Shown here piece after piece: positions 9,702 to 19,444 of a stretch of 64,000 nucleotides of DNA (position 1 is its first letter; every line of letters begins with the position of its first letter). The notes under the pieces were generated by a model. It was not told the DNA's origin and did not search any database. It saw nothing but the letters and a program-made list of their open reading frames with translations. Where the stretch lies: the IMG/VR virus record IMGVR_UViG_3300044467_000006, positions 21,150-85,149 of that record; one strand, given 5' to 3'. Position numbers and translations under genes: made by a program. Origin of the DNA: a virus.

Positions 9702-10577
9702 ATGAAACGCTTAACCATCCAAGACTGCGATACTCTTGCTCTGACCCACGGGGGGCGCTGTCTGTCTATTGCCTATCAAGGTACTGGCCTTCCGCTGTGG
9801 TGGGAATGCGGTAAGCACCATCAATGGACTAGTAGGCCAAACGATATCAAGAGAGGTACTTGGTGTCCAAACTGTGCTGGCAACAAGCCACTGTCTATTG
9901 AAGACCTACGCGCAATGGCTAGTCTCAAAAACGGCAAGTGTTTAGATTCTAAATGTCTGGGAGCTTCCAAAAAACACCACTGGGAATGTAACAGGGGCCA
10001 TCGGTGGACGGCTAAGCCCAACTACATTCAACAAGGCAATTGGTGCCCAGACTGTGGCGGATCCAAACGACTGTCCATAGGGTTGCTACACAATACAGCC
10101 GACCAGAACAACGGGAAGTGCCTATCTGAAACCTACACAAATTCACATGCAAAATACGAATGGCAATGTCGCTTTGGACACCAATGGAAATCTAAAGCAT
10201 ACACCGTCATTAATGGACACTGGTGCCCGTTTTGCATTAATAGGATCTCCAAGCCAGAAATCCAGTTTCGCAATGCCATTCAGCAAGTTTACGCGGAATG
10301 CGTTGGCAACGTTCGCGGGATACTAGAAAACAAGAAAATGGAGTTAGACATCTACTTACCCGGTTTACGCAAAGCTATCGAATTTGATGGAGATTATTGG
10401 CATTCACGGCCAGAATCGCAGAAGCGCGACTTACACAAAGACGAACAATGCCGCAAGGCCAACGTGAGCCTACTCAGAATAAAAAGTTCGGAATTTAAAG
10501 CCGACCCACAGGCTACGATTGCGCGCGCAATATCGTGGCTAGCCTCAGAGGAGGCCCCAAATGTCTCTATCGCCTAA
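9702..10577 (+). CDS. Zinc-ribbon-repeat protein with C-terminal PD-(D/E)xK (Vsr/DUF559-like) endonuclease; probable homing endonuclease
   Basis: Three WxCxxxHxW...WCPxC repeats followed by ELDIYLP..KAIEFDGDYWH. Confidence 0.8.
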   Translation: MKRLTIQDCDTLALTHGGRCLSIAYQGTGLPLWWECGKHHQWTSRPNDIKRGTWCPNCAGNKPLSIEDLRAMASLKNGKCLDSKCLGASKKHHWECNRGHRWTAKPNYIQQGNWCPDCGGSKRLSIGLLHNTADQNNGKCLSETYTNSHAKYEWQCRFGHQWKSKAYTVINGHWCPFCINRISKPEIQFRNAIQQVYAECVGNVRGILENKKMELDIYLPGLRKAIEFDGDYWHSRPESQKRDLHKDEQCRKANVSLLRIKSSEFKADPQATIARAISWLASEEAPNVSIA

Positions 10578-11541
10578 AGACCTTACGCAGTTGCTTCTCA
10601 AACACGTTCCTTACAAAGATTCATGGACCAAAGAAGCATACGGGCCACAAAATACGCGCACCATCAAGGGGGCCATCAACCGCGCCCTCTACTGCGTTAC
10701 CCCGACCGATGCCGTTGTTGACCATTTCAATCGCGAAAAGTACGACATCCTCCTAACCCACCACCCCTTCGTTAAAGGCGTCCCCCAGTGGATTGCCCAC
10801 ACCGCCCTTGATTGCACAACCGGAGGGCTGAATGACCAGTGGAGAGACGCCCTCGGGGTCAAGAACGCACAGCACTTTGACGGCAACCTTGGCTGGCACG
10901 GGGAGATTGAACCTACCAGCCTTAAAGACCTGATTGCCAAGTGTAACGCCTTTACTGGAATTCCCATGATTGGGGAACATCACGGACACGAACACACCAT
11001 CAACCGAGTCGTCATCTGCACCGGCTTGGGCGGCATGGTAGAACGTCAAGCGCACGCTACTGGGGCCGACTGCTACATCCTCGGGGAAGCCAGCACGCAT
11101 CACTCCCAGAGCCCCTTCAAGGCCCGTATCGAAGTTGGCCACACCATCTCCGAACACGGGACTGGACTCAACTTCTTCCGTAAAATTCTGGCCCCACATG
11201 GGGTTCAAGTGGACGGCAGCAACCTTGACCATGACAAGTATTCAGGCGAAGTCTACAACCGCCCTGTTTACAACTGGGAGTTTGCCGAGGACAGCAGCGA
11301 CGAAGACGACGGCAAGTGGGATTACTATGCAGGCCAGTCAGGCAAGGTTAAGCCCGGGGCAGCCTACGGAGCTATTCCCAAGCCCTACGCTGGGCCTCGC
11401 AAGGAAGTCAACTGGAATCCCGGCGATAAGGCTCCTAGCTGGAAAGAACACTTTGCCCAAGACTGGGGCGACGAGGAGAAGGTCGAAGGAGCAGAGCCCG
11501 GCCTCAAGCCCGGCCAAGATCCCTATCCTAAAGGTGGGTAG
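10561..11541 (+). CDS. NIF3-like dinuclear metal-centre protein with acidic/low-complexity C-terminal tail
   Basis: LTHHP, AHTALD, GLND, CTGLGG, YILGE and GHTISE motifs of NIF3/YbgI; SD GAGGAGG. Confidence 0.8.
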   Translation: MSLSPKDLTQLLLKHVPYKDSWTKEAYGPQNTRTIKGAINRALYCVTPTDAVVDHFNREKYDILLTHHPFVKGVPQWIAHTALDCTTGGLNDQWRDALGVKNAQHFDGNLGWHGEIEPTSLKDLIAKCNAFTGIPMIGEHHGHEHTINRVVICTGLGGMVERQAHATGADCYILGEASTHHSQSPFKARIEVGHTISEHGTGLNFFRKILAPHGVQVDGSNLDHDKYSGEVYNRPVYNWEFAEDSSDEDDGKWDYYAGQSGKVKPGAAYGAIPKPYAGPRKEVNWNPGDKAPSWKEHFAQDWGDEEKVEGAEPGLKPGQDPYPKGG

Positions 11542-11570
11542 TTGACAAGGCCCGTGGGATCGCCTAGTAT
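11542..11570 (+). promoter_or_regulatory. sigma70-type promoter, leaderless geometry
   Basis: TTGACA-17-TAGTAT; ATG 6 nt downstream of the -10. Confidence 0.7.
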
Positions 11571-11576
11571 GCGTCC

Positions 11577-11813
11577 ATGGGTAAGCCCTTCCTGTCTCTC
11601 GAAAAGATCCTCAAGAAGACCCACTACTTTAGTGACGGGGTGTCGTATGCCTATCTCACTCCAGTAGAAATTCTCTATGTCGCGGATGTTCTCGGATTCA
11701 AGCCAGTGGCCAGTAGCGCTTCTTGGATTGAACACGCCAGAGAGCAGAAGCGCGAAGGGGACTGTTGCCCGACCCACTACTACTTCTACGTGCCGAAGAA
11801 GGAGGCTCCGTGA
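11577..11813 (+). CDS. Hypothetical protein
   Basis: 78 aa directly after the promoter; stop overlaps the next start. Confidence 0.6.
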   Translation: MGKPFLSLEKILKKTHYFSDGVSYAYLTPVEILYVADVLGFKPVASSASWIEHAREQKREGDCCPTHYYFYVPKKEAP

Positions 11814-12391
11814 GTTGGGCACCTAAAACCGCTAGAGTCATCTTCACTTTCGATTGCAACCGTCGTTGCGTTGGCTGCTGCAATGAGTCCATGAGCCTAA
11901 TGTCTGAGGCTCGGGTCATTTGCAGCACAAACGACCTTGTTGGGTATGACGAAGTTGTCATCACGGGAGGAGAGCCTCTGCTCTATCCAGACGCCCTCAT
12001 TGACTTCATCAAGAACGTCAGGTCCGCCAATCCCAAAGCGAAGATTTACCTCTACACCGCCACGATGCCCCCGCACAAGCCCTTCTTTGTCCCTCTCTTG
12101 ATGTCTCTGCTGAACGGGATTCACTACACAATCCACGCAGAAGCAACCCAGACAGACATTGACGATTTCCATCACTTCCAAGCCTACGCCAAGCTTTATT
12201 CGTCCGCCTTGTCTTTCCGGCTATACATAGACAACCGCTGTACAATTCCGGCATTCATTCAGCCCAATGTGTGGGTTAGGGCCGAAATCAAGGGGTGGAT
12301 TGACAACGGGAATTGTCCGCTGCCCATGCACGAGCATCTGCTTATCTGGGGGCCGAAGGTGGAAAAGAAGCTTGACATCGTTTATCGGTAG
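11810..12391 (+). CDS. Radical SAM protein
   Basis: GTG start after AAGGAGG; CNRRCVGC (CxxxCxxC) and ITGGEPLL. Confidence 0.85.
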   Translation: MSWAPKTARVIFTFDCNRRCVGCCNESMSLMSEARVICSTNDLVGYDEVVITGGEPLLYPDALIDFIKNVRSANPKAKIYLYTATMPPHKPFFVPLLMSLLNGIHYTIHAEATQTDIDDFHHFQAYAKLYSSALSFRLYIDNRCTIPAFIQPNVWVRAEIKGWIDNGNCPLPMHEHLLIWGPKVEKKLDIVYR

Positions 12392-12400
12392 GAGTAATCT
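12372..12400 (+). promoter_or_regulatory. sigma70-type promoter, leaderless geometry
   Basis: TTGACA-17-TAATCT; ATG 6 nt downstream. Confidence 0.55.
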
Positions 12401-12406
12401 ACCTGC

Positions 12407-12580
12407 ATGCGGACCTACCACTGGAAGCACATTCCGACCGGGAACGAAGGCACGGGGGAGTTTTCCGAGGAGCTTATCCCTTCCTTCTATGCTAATGCGC
12501 GGCTGCGCACGCAGGCCCTCGAACTCATCAACCAGTGGAATCGCGTCGGTCGTGGAGCTTGGCTCTACTGGATGGACTAA
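12407..12580 (+). CDS. Small hypothetical protein (57 aa)
   Basis: MRTYHWKHIPTG...WLYWMD; TAATG coupling to the next gene. Confidence 0.55.
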   Translation: MRTYHWKHIPTGNEGTGEFSEELIPSFYANARLRTQALELINQWNRVGRGAWLYWMD

Positions 12581-12885
12581 TGACTAACTACAAGAACGGA
12601 TACGCAAACGGGATCTCCTGCCAGACCGCACTATCACGCCCCTTCTTGCTTGACCTTGAGGAGCGGTCCATTCGCCTCAAGGCATTTGCGAGAGAGTACA
12701 TCTTGACTCTCAAGGGCAACTATCTCTTTGGAGAGCGCTTTAACGACCCCTCCAACATCGTCGCAAGAAGTGCCTCTCATTGCCTCCAGAGCCACGACAG
12801 CGACACTCGGGACAACTTCGTGATCGCAGCCTTCATTGACGCCGCCGACGCAGACTGGTACTACACCCACGAGAAGGAGTATTGA
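12580..12885 (+). CDS. Hypothetical protein
   Basis: Translationally coupled ORF in the plus-strand operon. Confidence 0.6.
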   Translation: MTNYKNGYANGISCQTALSRPFLLDLEERSIRLKAFAREYILTLKGNYLFGERFNDPSNIVARSASHCLQSHDSDTRDNFVIAAFIDAADADWYYTHEKEY

Positions 12886-13130
12886 TGTACTTCACCGACG
12901 AAGACTACGCTACAATGCTCCGATTCGAAGTCGCGCGAAGCGTTGCCGATCGCGCCGGTCAACAGATCGAGAAGCGATTTAGGTCCCGGCTGGAAAAACT
13001 GCTTGATGAAGGAGAGTTGGCTGAAGCCCGAGAACTCGTTAGAGCCCTTCCTAGCGACTGTGTTGAAGTTGTTTTCATGATGGATACGCTACGCCAAGCG
13101 GAACTCGGCAAGTGGAAGAAGAAGGGATAG
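12885..13130 (+). CDS. Hypothetical protein
   Basis: TGATG coupling; SD AAGGAG. Confidence 0.6.
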   Translation: MYFTDEDYATMLRFEVARSVADRAGQQIEKRFRSRLEKLLDEGELAEARELVRALPSDCVEVVFMMDTLRQAELGKWKKKG

Positions 13131-13131
13131 T

Positions 13132-13491
13132 ATGCCCACCTACAAAATCAAGGTCGAGTACGAGACTGGCGACTCTTTTGGACGCCAAGACACCAGCACC
13201 ATTCTCGAAATGGAGTGGAAGACTTTGGCTTTCGCCAAGGTCGCTCTGGCTCGGATCCGAGAGCACTACGACTGGTACTCCTACCAGAACTGCTACCGAC
13301 GCTTTGGTAGGGATAAGGGCCCGGCAGAGCCCGAGTGGCACAAGGGGCTGGACTGTTCCGAGAGCCTAATTCTCGTACTCGACAACGGGAACGAAGTGAA
13401 GTTCTGGCCTCCTTGGTGCGGCTACTTCGAACGGCTGTACGGAGCCAGCATCATTCTTCCCGAGGAGGAGGGAATGTCGTTTAGCGTTTAG
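13132..13491 (+). CDS. Hypothetical protein
   Basis: 119 aa; SD GGGA; operon position. Confidence 0.6.
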   Translation: MPTYKIKVEYETGDSFGRQDTSTILEMEWKTLAFAKVALARIREHYDWYSYQNCYRRFGRDKGPAEPEWHKGLDCSESLILVLDNGNEVKFWPPWCGYFERLYGASIILPEEEGMSFSV

Positions 13492-13492
13492 C

Positions 13493-13520
13493 TTGACATT
13501 TACCTAGGAAAGCGTAAGAT
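13493..13520 (+). promoter_or_regulatory. sigma70-type promoter, leaderless geometry
   Basis: TTGACA-16-TAAGAT; ligase ATG 6 nt downstream, no SD. Confidence 0.6.
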
Positions 13521-13526
13521 ACTCAC

Positions 13527-14720
13527 ATGGCAAAGAAGACCGACAAGCTCCCAACCCTCTACTCCCAGAACGCCGACGGCTCCATCAACGAGTGGACGAT
13601 CTACGTCGAGAAGTGTGAACGCCCCATTGGTATTGAGGTGCCCGTCATCGTCACTGACCATGGGCGGGTGGGTGGGGCTATCCAGCAGACCCGCGATGTC
13701 GTCACGGCTGGCAAGAACGAAGGCAAGCAGAACGCAACCACTCCTTGGGAGCAGGCTGTCAAGGAAGCCAAGTCGAAGTGGACGAAGAAGAAGAAGAGCG
13801 GCTACGTCGAAAAGCAGTCTGACGCCAAGGCTGGCAAGGTAGATGCCATCATCGAGGGTGGCGTGCTGCCGATGCTCGCCCAGAAGTGGCGCGACCATGC
13901 CAAGAAGATGCCCTTCCCGGCCAAGGGCCAGCCGAAGCTCGATGGTATTCGGTGCGAAGCCATCGTGAAGAATGGCAAGTGTACGCTCTGGACGCGCACA
14001 CGGAAGCCGATCAACAGCGTTCCGCACGTCATCAAGGCAATCGAAGCCTGCTGTGCGGAGCTTGACATCAAGAACTTCTCCTTCGACGGCGAGCTTTACA
14101 ACCACGACCTAAAGGCGGATTTCGAGAAGATCGTTTCGCTGATTCGCAACGACAAGCCGTGTGAGGACAGCGAGCTTGCGCAGTACCACATTTACGACTG
14201 CATCAGCAACGAGCACTTCGAAGCCCGTTCCAAGAAGCTGGAGAGCATCGTGATTAATGGCCCCGCCCTTCGATTTGTCGAGACTGTTGACCTGAACAGC
14301 GCCGAGGAGGTCGAGGAGTATCAGGGTAAGTGCCTTGAGGACGGCTATGAGGGCTGTATGGTCCGCGCCTCTGGTGCGACCAAGGAGAATCCTACGGGTG
14401 GCTACGAGGTTGATCGCCGGTCCTACGGGCTCCTCAAGGTCAAGCAGTTCGAGGATAACGAGTTCGAGATCGTTGGTGCCGAGGAAGGCCGAGGTTCGAT
14501 GGCTGGCAAGGCAGTCTTTGTCTGTAAGGTGAATCCCAAGCTGCCCGCTAGCGACGACAATACGTTCCGTGCTAAGATGCGCGGCAAGCTGGAGAGTCTG
14601 CGCCAGTACCTCAATAATCCAAAGATCGTCGGCCTGAAGCTCACCGTGCGCCATCAGGCATACACCAAGTACGGCAAGCCCCGGATTCCGGTCGGTATCG
14701 CCGTGCGTGACTACGAGTAA
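13527..14720 (+). CDS. lig: ATP-dependent DNA ligase
   Basis: Motif I QPKLDGIRC; FDGELY, YHIYD, EGCMVR, LLKVK; OB-fold C-terminus. Confidence 0.93.
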   Translation: MAKKTDKLPTLYSQNADGSINEWTIYVEKCERPIGIEVPVIVTDHGRVGGAIQQTRDVVTAGKNEGKQNATTPWEQAVKEAKSKWTKKKKSGYVEKQSDAKAGKVDAIIEGGVLPMLAQKWRDHAKKMPFPAKGQPKLDGIRCEAIVKNGKCTLWTRTRKPINSVPHVIKAIEACCAELDIKNFSFDGELYNHDLKADFEKIVSLIRNDKPCEDSELAQYHIYDCISNEHFEARSKKLESIVINGPALRFVETVDLNSAEEVEEYQGKCLEDGYEGCMVRASGATKENPTGGYEVDRRSYGLLKVKQFEDNEFEIVGAEEGRGSMAGKAVFVCKVNPKLPASDDNTFRAKMRGKLESLRQYLNNPKIVGLKLTVRHQAYTKYGKPRIPVGIAVRDYE

Positions 14721-14739
14721 CCCAACCCAAGGAGAAACC

Positions 14740-14868
14740 GTGTTCAAGGAAATTTGGAAGTTCAGCCCCACCTTCGTCGTCATCTGGGTCCTGTCGGCTC
14801 TGCTCGGCCTGACATTTGCTGGGGTTGTCATCTGGGCTATCGTTCGCGCAGTCCAGAAGTTTCTCTAG
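14740..14868 (+). CDS. Small single-TM membrane protein (42 aa)
   Basis: SD AAGGAG + GTG; FVVIWVLSALLGLTFAGVVIWAIV hydrophobic stretch. Confidence 0.55.
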   Translation: MFKEIWKFSPTFVVIWVLSALLGLTFAGVVIWAIVRAVQKFL

Positions 14869-14878
14869 GAGTGACTCG

Positions 14879-15073
14879 ATGAGTAAACTGCGCTGCGCTC
14901 GTGACACCATCATTGAATTCATCCACTGGGTGCGATGGGGCAAGATCACTGAAGAGGTTGTGGACGCGATTGCCAACGTCCCGTGCGAGATCCAGTACCG
15001 CGACAGGAACGGGACCATCATTGGCTACTGGGCCTATGGCTATTTTGACCCCAGTCTGCCCTACAAGGGATAG
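14879..15073 (+). CDS. Hypothetical protein
   Basis: SD AGGAG; 64 aa. Confidence 0.55.
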   Translation: MSKLRCARDTIIEFIHWVRWGKITEEVVDAIANVPCEIQYRDRNGTIIGYWAYGYFDPSLPYKG

Positions 15074-15074
15074 T

Positions 15075-15287
15075 ATGGACGCCAAAAAGTACGACGCTCT
15101 CTACGAACACGCTCGGACCTTCAAGTGTACCGAGTGTGGACACAAGCAGATCGTAGTGCCTGCGGTGGAGGTTATTCGTGGGCTGTCGAGCTTCTTCATC
15201 TTTGGCTCGGACGCCGATTTCTGTCAACGCTGCGATGGCCCTGTGGTAGACAAGGGAGAAACCTGTGGCAAAGAGAAAGAAGCGTAA
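15075..15287 (+). CDS. Small zinc-finger protein
   Basis: CTECGH and CQRC pairs. Confidence 0.55.
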   Translation: MDAKKYDALYEHARTFKCTECGHKQIVVPAVEVIRGLSSFFIFGSDADFCQRCDGPVVDKGETCGKEKEA

Positions 15288-15435
15288 GCCCTACAACGGA
15301 CGGGACATCCTCATCCTGAACAGCCGACGTGCGCCCGGGGTTCCTAACTCCCACAAGGTTGGCGTGGGTCGTCGTCAGGACAAGAAAAAGGAAGCGAGCA
15401 AGAAGGTTGCCCGCCTCCCGGTGAATGACGAGTAA
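15265..15435 (+). CDS. Small basic protein (56 aa)
   Basis: MAKRKKRKPYNGRD..., ends flush with the convergent gene. Confidence 0.35.
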   Translation: MAKRKKRKPYNGRDILILNSRRAPGVPNSHKVGVGRRQDKKKEASKKVARLPVNDE

Positions 15436-17388
15436 CTACTTCTTGCCGGGGATACGGCTCTTTGAAGCTCTACCAGATTCCTTACACGCTGAACAAGTTA
15501 CGCTATGATCGGTATCTCCAAACTCCAAAACGTGTTCGCCACGCCCCTTGCACTCTTTGCACGATCCTGAATCCTCATTCGGACTCTTCTCAGCCATCTT
15601 GATATCGAGCTTGGCGGGCTTGGGCATTCCGCTCGTGTCGGTAGTCTTGATCTTGGGGGCTTGGGCCGCATTGGCCTGAGTGATCGCCGCTAACGCACCG
15701 GGGGCCATCGGCTTAACCCCAGCCGTAGAAGGCGCAGTAGGGGCCGCGATCTTGCCAGCGGGAGCAGGAGCGCCACCTGACATGCCCGGCGTAGGAGCGC
15801 CCGGCAAAGCTTTGGCTAGCTCTTCCGCCTTCTTGAGCACACCGATAAGGTTCTTCCTAAGCTCTTCTAGAATTTCTTGCTTGGTCATATCTTCCGCCTT
15901 CTTAATGGTACCCTTGTAGGTTTCGGTACTCGGCCTCCATTCGGCATCCTTGCCGCCAGTCATACGAGGCTTCTTCTGAAACTTCGGATTGCTCTGCGTA
16001 GGAATCTCTCCGTACTGGCCGGGAATCATGCCGCGCTTCTCGGGGACAACACGGTATCCTTCGTGGAAGTGACGAGGCAGCGGGCGCTTGGTACTCATGC
16101 GGCCACGAGGGTCTGGGTCTGCGATGGTCTGGTAGCCCTTAGCTTCTGGCGTCCAGATATGGACAGGAGCACCAGCTAAGTCGCCCGGCCCACGAGCCCA
16201 TGAGTCAAAGCCTTCTTGTAAGACTTCGGCTGGGTGTTTATTACCAAATAGCACTTTGGCAATTACCTTGCGCTGATCTTCTGGAAACTGCTGCATGAAG
16301 TCGGCTAGGTAGCGCTCGCGGTGTTCAGGACGGCCCTCGCCACGGCCAATCGCCTTATCGACAGCCTCGGACAGCATAGCAGGCCAAGGGCGACCATAGT
16401 CGGTCTGCACTTCGTCTACCATGACTCCAGACTTGTCGCCAGTGTGACGAACCCAGCCAATAGTATCAGGACCAACCGGGTGTCCACTCTGAGTAGACAT
16501 CTCGTTCATCTGTCTGAAAGCGCCCATAACTCCAGCTTGCTCAAGCTGCTGCTTGTGCTGCGGAGTCAAGTCTAGACGTAGGACGTTAGATAGCTCGTTA
16601 GAGTGACGCTGAGTTGCTCCTGCGGCGTGATCGAACTTACCAGTGCTCCAGTTATACTGAGCAGCCGGTTGGGAGTCGATGAACTGCTGGATGCGCTCGC
16701 GAGTGAAATTACCGCCGTAATCACGACCAACACGCATCAACTGGGAGCGCATCTCCGGGGTTAGATCCTTCTCGTTAATAGACTTGATGCCTTGCTGGTC
16801 AAACCAGTCGCGAAGACCGCGAAGCTTGTTCGTGAGGAAGTTGACTTCCAATGGATGGTCGCTAGCCTTGACTAGCTGGAACACCGGAGTTTCGCTCTTG
16901 CCGAGCTTGCTACCAAAGAGATCGTACTCTGGGGCGTTTCTTTCCCAGACGGCCCATTCGTTCTCGGGAAGCGGCAAGGGCTCGCTCTTTCCTAGCAAGA
17001 AGGCGTCAGCCTTGTGCGCTTTGAACTTGGGAGCAGGCAGGCGTGAGGGGTCGCTCATTGCCGACTGAATCTCGTCTGGAATCTGATGGTCGTCCGCCCC
17101 AAAGCCAAGAGACTGGCGGTGGAGGTCATAGACCAACTTGTGTTTCTTGGCGGCTTCGTTAGAACCAGAGGCAGCGGCAGCCCGCATCATCCCGAGGTGA
17201 TAGGCAGCGCCCTGCACATGGTGCTTGCGCTTGTAGTCGTTGTAGGCTGCATCTTCGGCTTCGCCGCGAGGCTTACGATTGACAAACTCTAAAGTGCCAG
17301 CGCCCCGTTCTAATTCGGGGATGTCGTCGGCTGACAAAATGTAGCGGCGTTTAGGTCCATTGGACCACTCTGGAAGCTTAACGGCCAT
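15436..17388 (-). CDS. Putative head cargo protein with GWVR/EVQTD domain and Zn-finger tail
   Basis: TIGWVRH...VDEVQTD...HIWTPEAK is paralogous to 6048..9206; flanked by LGKSE twice and IKKAE/LKKAE. Confidence 0.6.
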   Translation of the reverse strand: MAVKLPEWSNGPKRRYILSADDIPELERGAGTLEFVNRKPRGEAEDAAYNDYKRKHHVQGAAYHLGMMRAAAASGSNEAAKKHKLVYDLHRQSLGFGADDHQIPDEIQSAMSDPSRLPAPKFKAHKADAFLLGKSEPLPLPENEWAVWERNAPEYDLFGSKLGKSETPVFQLVKASDHPLEVNFLTNKLRGLRDWFDQQGIKSINEKDLTPEMRSQLMRVGRDYGGNFTRERIQQFIDSQPAAQYNWSTGKFDHAAGATQRHSNELSNVLRLDLTPQHKQQLEQAGVMGAFRQMNEMSTQSGHPVGPDTIGWVRHTGDKSGVMVDEVQTDYGRPWPAMLSEAVDKAIGRGEGRPEHRERYLADFMQQFPEDQRKVIAKVLFGNKHPAEVLQEGFDSWARGPGDLAGAPVHIWTPEAKGYQTIADPDPRGRMSTKRPLPRHFHEGYRVVPEKRGMIPGQYGEIPTQSNPKFQKKPRMTGGKDAEWRPSTETYKGTIKKAEDMTKQEILEELRKNLIGVLKKAEELAKALPGAPTPGMSGGAPAPAGKIAAPTAPSTAGVKPMAPGALAAITQANAAQAPKIKTTDTSGMPKPAKLDIKMAEKSPNEDSGSCKECKGRGEHVLEFGDTDHSVTCSACKESGRASKSRIPGKK

Positions 17389-18235
17389 GGCGTGAGACTC
17401 CTAGCGTATCTAATACTGTGGCAACGGCATCGTCGTCCATTGCTTTGCCGAACGTAATGACGTAATGTTCAGCGTCGTGCTTTGCTAGGTCTACAAACCG
17501 AGCGGTCTCTTTTAAACACATACAGCCAACAAACTTCTCGTTCTTGACGAGAGCTAGGCCACACTCTTTGCATTTTGAATCAATCGACTTGGCAGTAATC
17601 TGGAAACTCTTTTTGGCAGTTACCTTCAACTTCGGGATAGTAGCCTTGGGGGGCTTTGCTTCTTTGGGTGGTCCCTTGGGTTGTTTGCCTACGGGACCTG
17701 GCTGTCCAATCTGTTTAGTTGGAGGCGCGGCTACCTTTGGAGGGGCGGGAACTCCCGAGCGCGTAGGTGCTCCCGGTGCGCCAGAACCAGCCCCCTTGCC
17801 CTGCGCGATCTTCTTAATAAGATCGTCTGCGCTTGCTACATACTTAGCCTTAGCCAAAACATCGATACTCTTCCCTAGCTTAACCAAGTCCGTATCCTTG
17901 ATGTTTGTGTCTTCGAATTCTGCGTCCAATGCCAGCGCTACAGAAGCAGCAAGATGGAAGACGCTGGCGTTCTGAAACGGGAATACCCCACTGCCAATAG
18001 CAATGGAGCCGGTGTAGGTTGAGTCTATGTTCTTTGCAAAGTCGAGATAGGAATCCTCTACGCCGGGGAGTTCGCCTTCGTAGTCACCCCGCGCTGCAAC
18101 GCCTAACCACGCCATGATGGCGCGGGGCACAATAGCAGACTCCAGATTTTCGATCCTGTCAGCAGCCTTTTTAAGCGAGCACGCACCGTCGTCGCCAAGT
18201 ACCGCTTTAAGGAAGGCATACTTTCTATCATCCAT
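17378..18235 (-). CDS. Putative virion protein with Pro/Lys-rich linker and Cys motif
   Basis: Preceded by CAATCTT; LGKS motif; CKEC...CMC. Confidence 0.45.
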   Translation of the reverse strand: MDDRKYAFLKAVLGDDGACSLKKAADRIENLESAIVPRAIMAWLGVAARGDYEGELPGVEDSYLDFAKNIDSTYTGSIAIGSGVFPFQNASVFHLAASVALALDAEFEDTNIKDTDLVKLGKSIDVLAKAKYVASADDLIKKIAQGKGAGSGAPGAPTRSGVPAPPKVAAPPTKQIGQPGPVGKQPKGPPKEAKPPKATIPKLKVTAKKSFQITAKSIDSKCKECGLALVKNEKFVGCMCLKETARFVDLAKHDAEHYVITFGKAMDDDAVATVLDTLGVSRHGR

Positions 18236-18262
18236 AGGAGGTTCCTTACCCTAAGATTGCCT

Positions 18263-19087
18263 CTACCTCGGCCCAAACGAACCATCTCGGGGCGCAGCTA
18301 CCTGCCTAGTGCTCTGGCGTGCATCCTTGCTCCTTTGCTCGTCCTCATAGAAATATTCGCGCTGAATCAGGACAGACATTGGAGCCCTAGCGACATTGGG
18401 ACCGTTCCTGAGAACGCGGATTTCGTGCAACAGCCTATCGATGTACCAAAAGGGAATGTAGCGATAGCGGATGGAGCACACCTCGCCCTTGCGAGTTTCT
18501 GGGTCCATTCCGGGCTGATTGGTACCCAACCACTTAAGTTGTCCGCTGACTAGTGTGAAGTGTTCGTTCTGGGCATACTGCTTGCCGTGCGAATCCATAA
18601 GGTGCTCGACCATGACAGCCCGATACTTAAGGCGATCCATGCCGCCAATGTTGTGTTCAAATAGGTGGCTGGCGACGACGGTGCCGACGTTCTGTTTCAA
18701 GAAAAGCCGGTCCGCAATCGCTACGGCAACTTCCTTGTTAGGATCGCTGTCGTAGAATCTCGGAAGCGTAAGTTGTGCCGAGGCTCCCGTCACAAGCCCC
18801 ATGTCTAAAGCTTGAATGGACTTGGAGTTGCCGGTGAACGCAGCCGTGATGTCGCCTGCGTGCATGTAGACGTTACCATTAGAGCAACCGACAGAGCAGT
18901 CATGGACTCGGCGGGAATCATAGGGATCGTCCTTGCCGATAGGGCAAGGCATCGCTCTCCAGTGTTCGAACTGGATGCCTTGCCCATCTACCAAGCCATC
19001 AAGGTAGGGAGTATCCATATGCACGGCATCTCTTACCGGCATCTGGATTTGAATGTATGAATCTGCGATGGCTTTTCTGGTATCCAC
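18263..19087 (-). CDS. Head-completion/neck protein
   Basis: FEHWRAMPCP...CSVGCSNG motif typical of Herelleviridae-like neck proteins. Confidence 0.6.
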   Translation of the reverse strand: MDTRKAIADSYIQIQMPVRDAVHMDTPYLDGLVDGQGIQFEHWRAMPCPIGKDDPYDSRRVHDCSVGCSNGNVYMHAGDITAAFTGNSKSIQALDMGLVTGASAQLTLPRFYDSDPNKEVAVAIADRLFLKQNVGTVVASHLFEHNIGGMDRLKYRAVMVEHLMDSHGKQYAQNEHFTLVSGQLKWLGTNQPGMDPETRKGEVCSIRYRYIPFWYIDRLLHEIRVLRNGPNVARAPMSVLIQREYFYEDEQRSKDARQSTRQVAAPRDGSFGPR

Positions 19088-19444
19088 TTAGACCTTCATT
19101 CCTGCCCTTACAACGCACTGGAACAGGTAGTCCTTGAAGCGCTGGGTAATAGGTAGCTGACTGTACGGCACCATACAAGGGTGTTCTTTCTTGCCAGCGT
19201 CCTTAACCTCACCATACTTCCAACCGTCGGCTAGCTTGTGAGCCATCCAGCCAGCATGAGACTGGTCTGGAGTCATATCTGGATTGTCAAGGACTGACTC
19301 TACACCCATCTGGGCGCTTTCCCGTTGCCACGTCGGAGCTTCCTCCCAAGACGCCTGAGATTCATCTCCAATGAAGCCACAATAGGCCCTGTTTGCCTCG
19401 TGGGCGAGTTTTGCCAAATACTCTACTTGCTCCTGCCTACTCAT
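19088..19444 (-). CDS. Phage RyR-domain protein
   Basis: AHEANRAYC...SHAGWMAHKLADGWKYGEVKD..KKEHPCMVPY..LP..QRFKD. Confidence 0.85.
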   Translation of the reverse strand: MSRQEQVEYLAKLAHEANRAYCGFIGDESQASWEEAPTWQRESAQMGVESVLDNPDMTPDQSHAGWMAHKLADGWKYGEVKDAGKKEHPCMVPYSQLPITQRFKDYLFQCVVRAGMKV

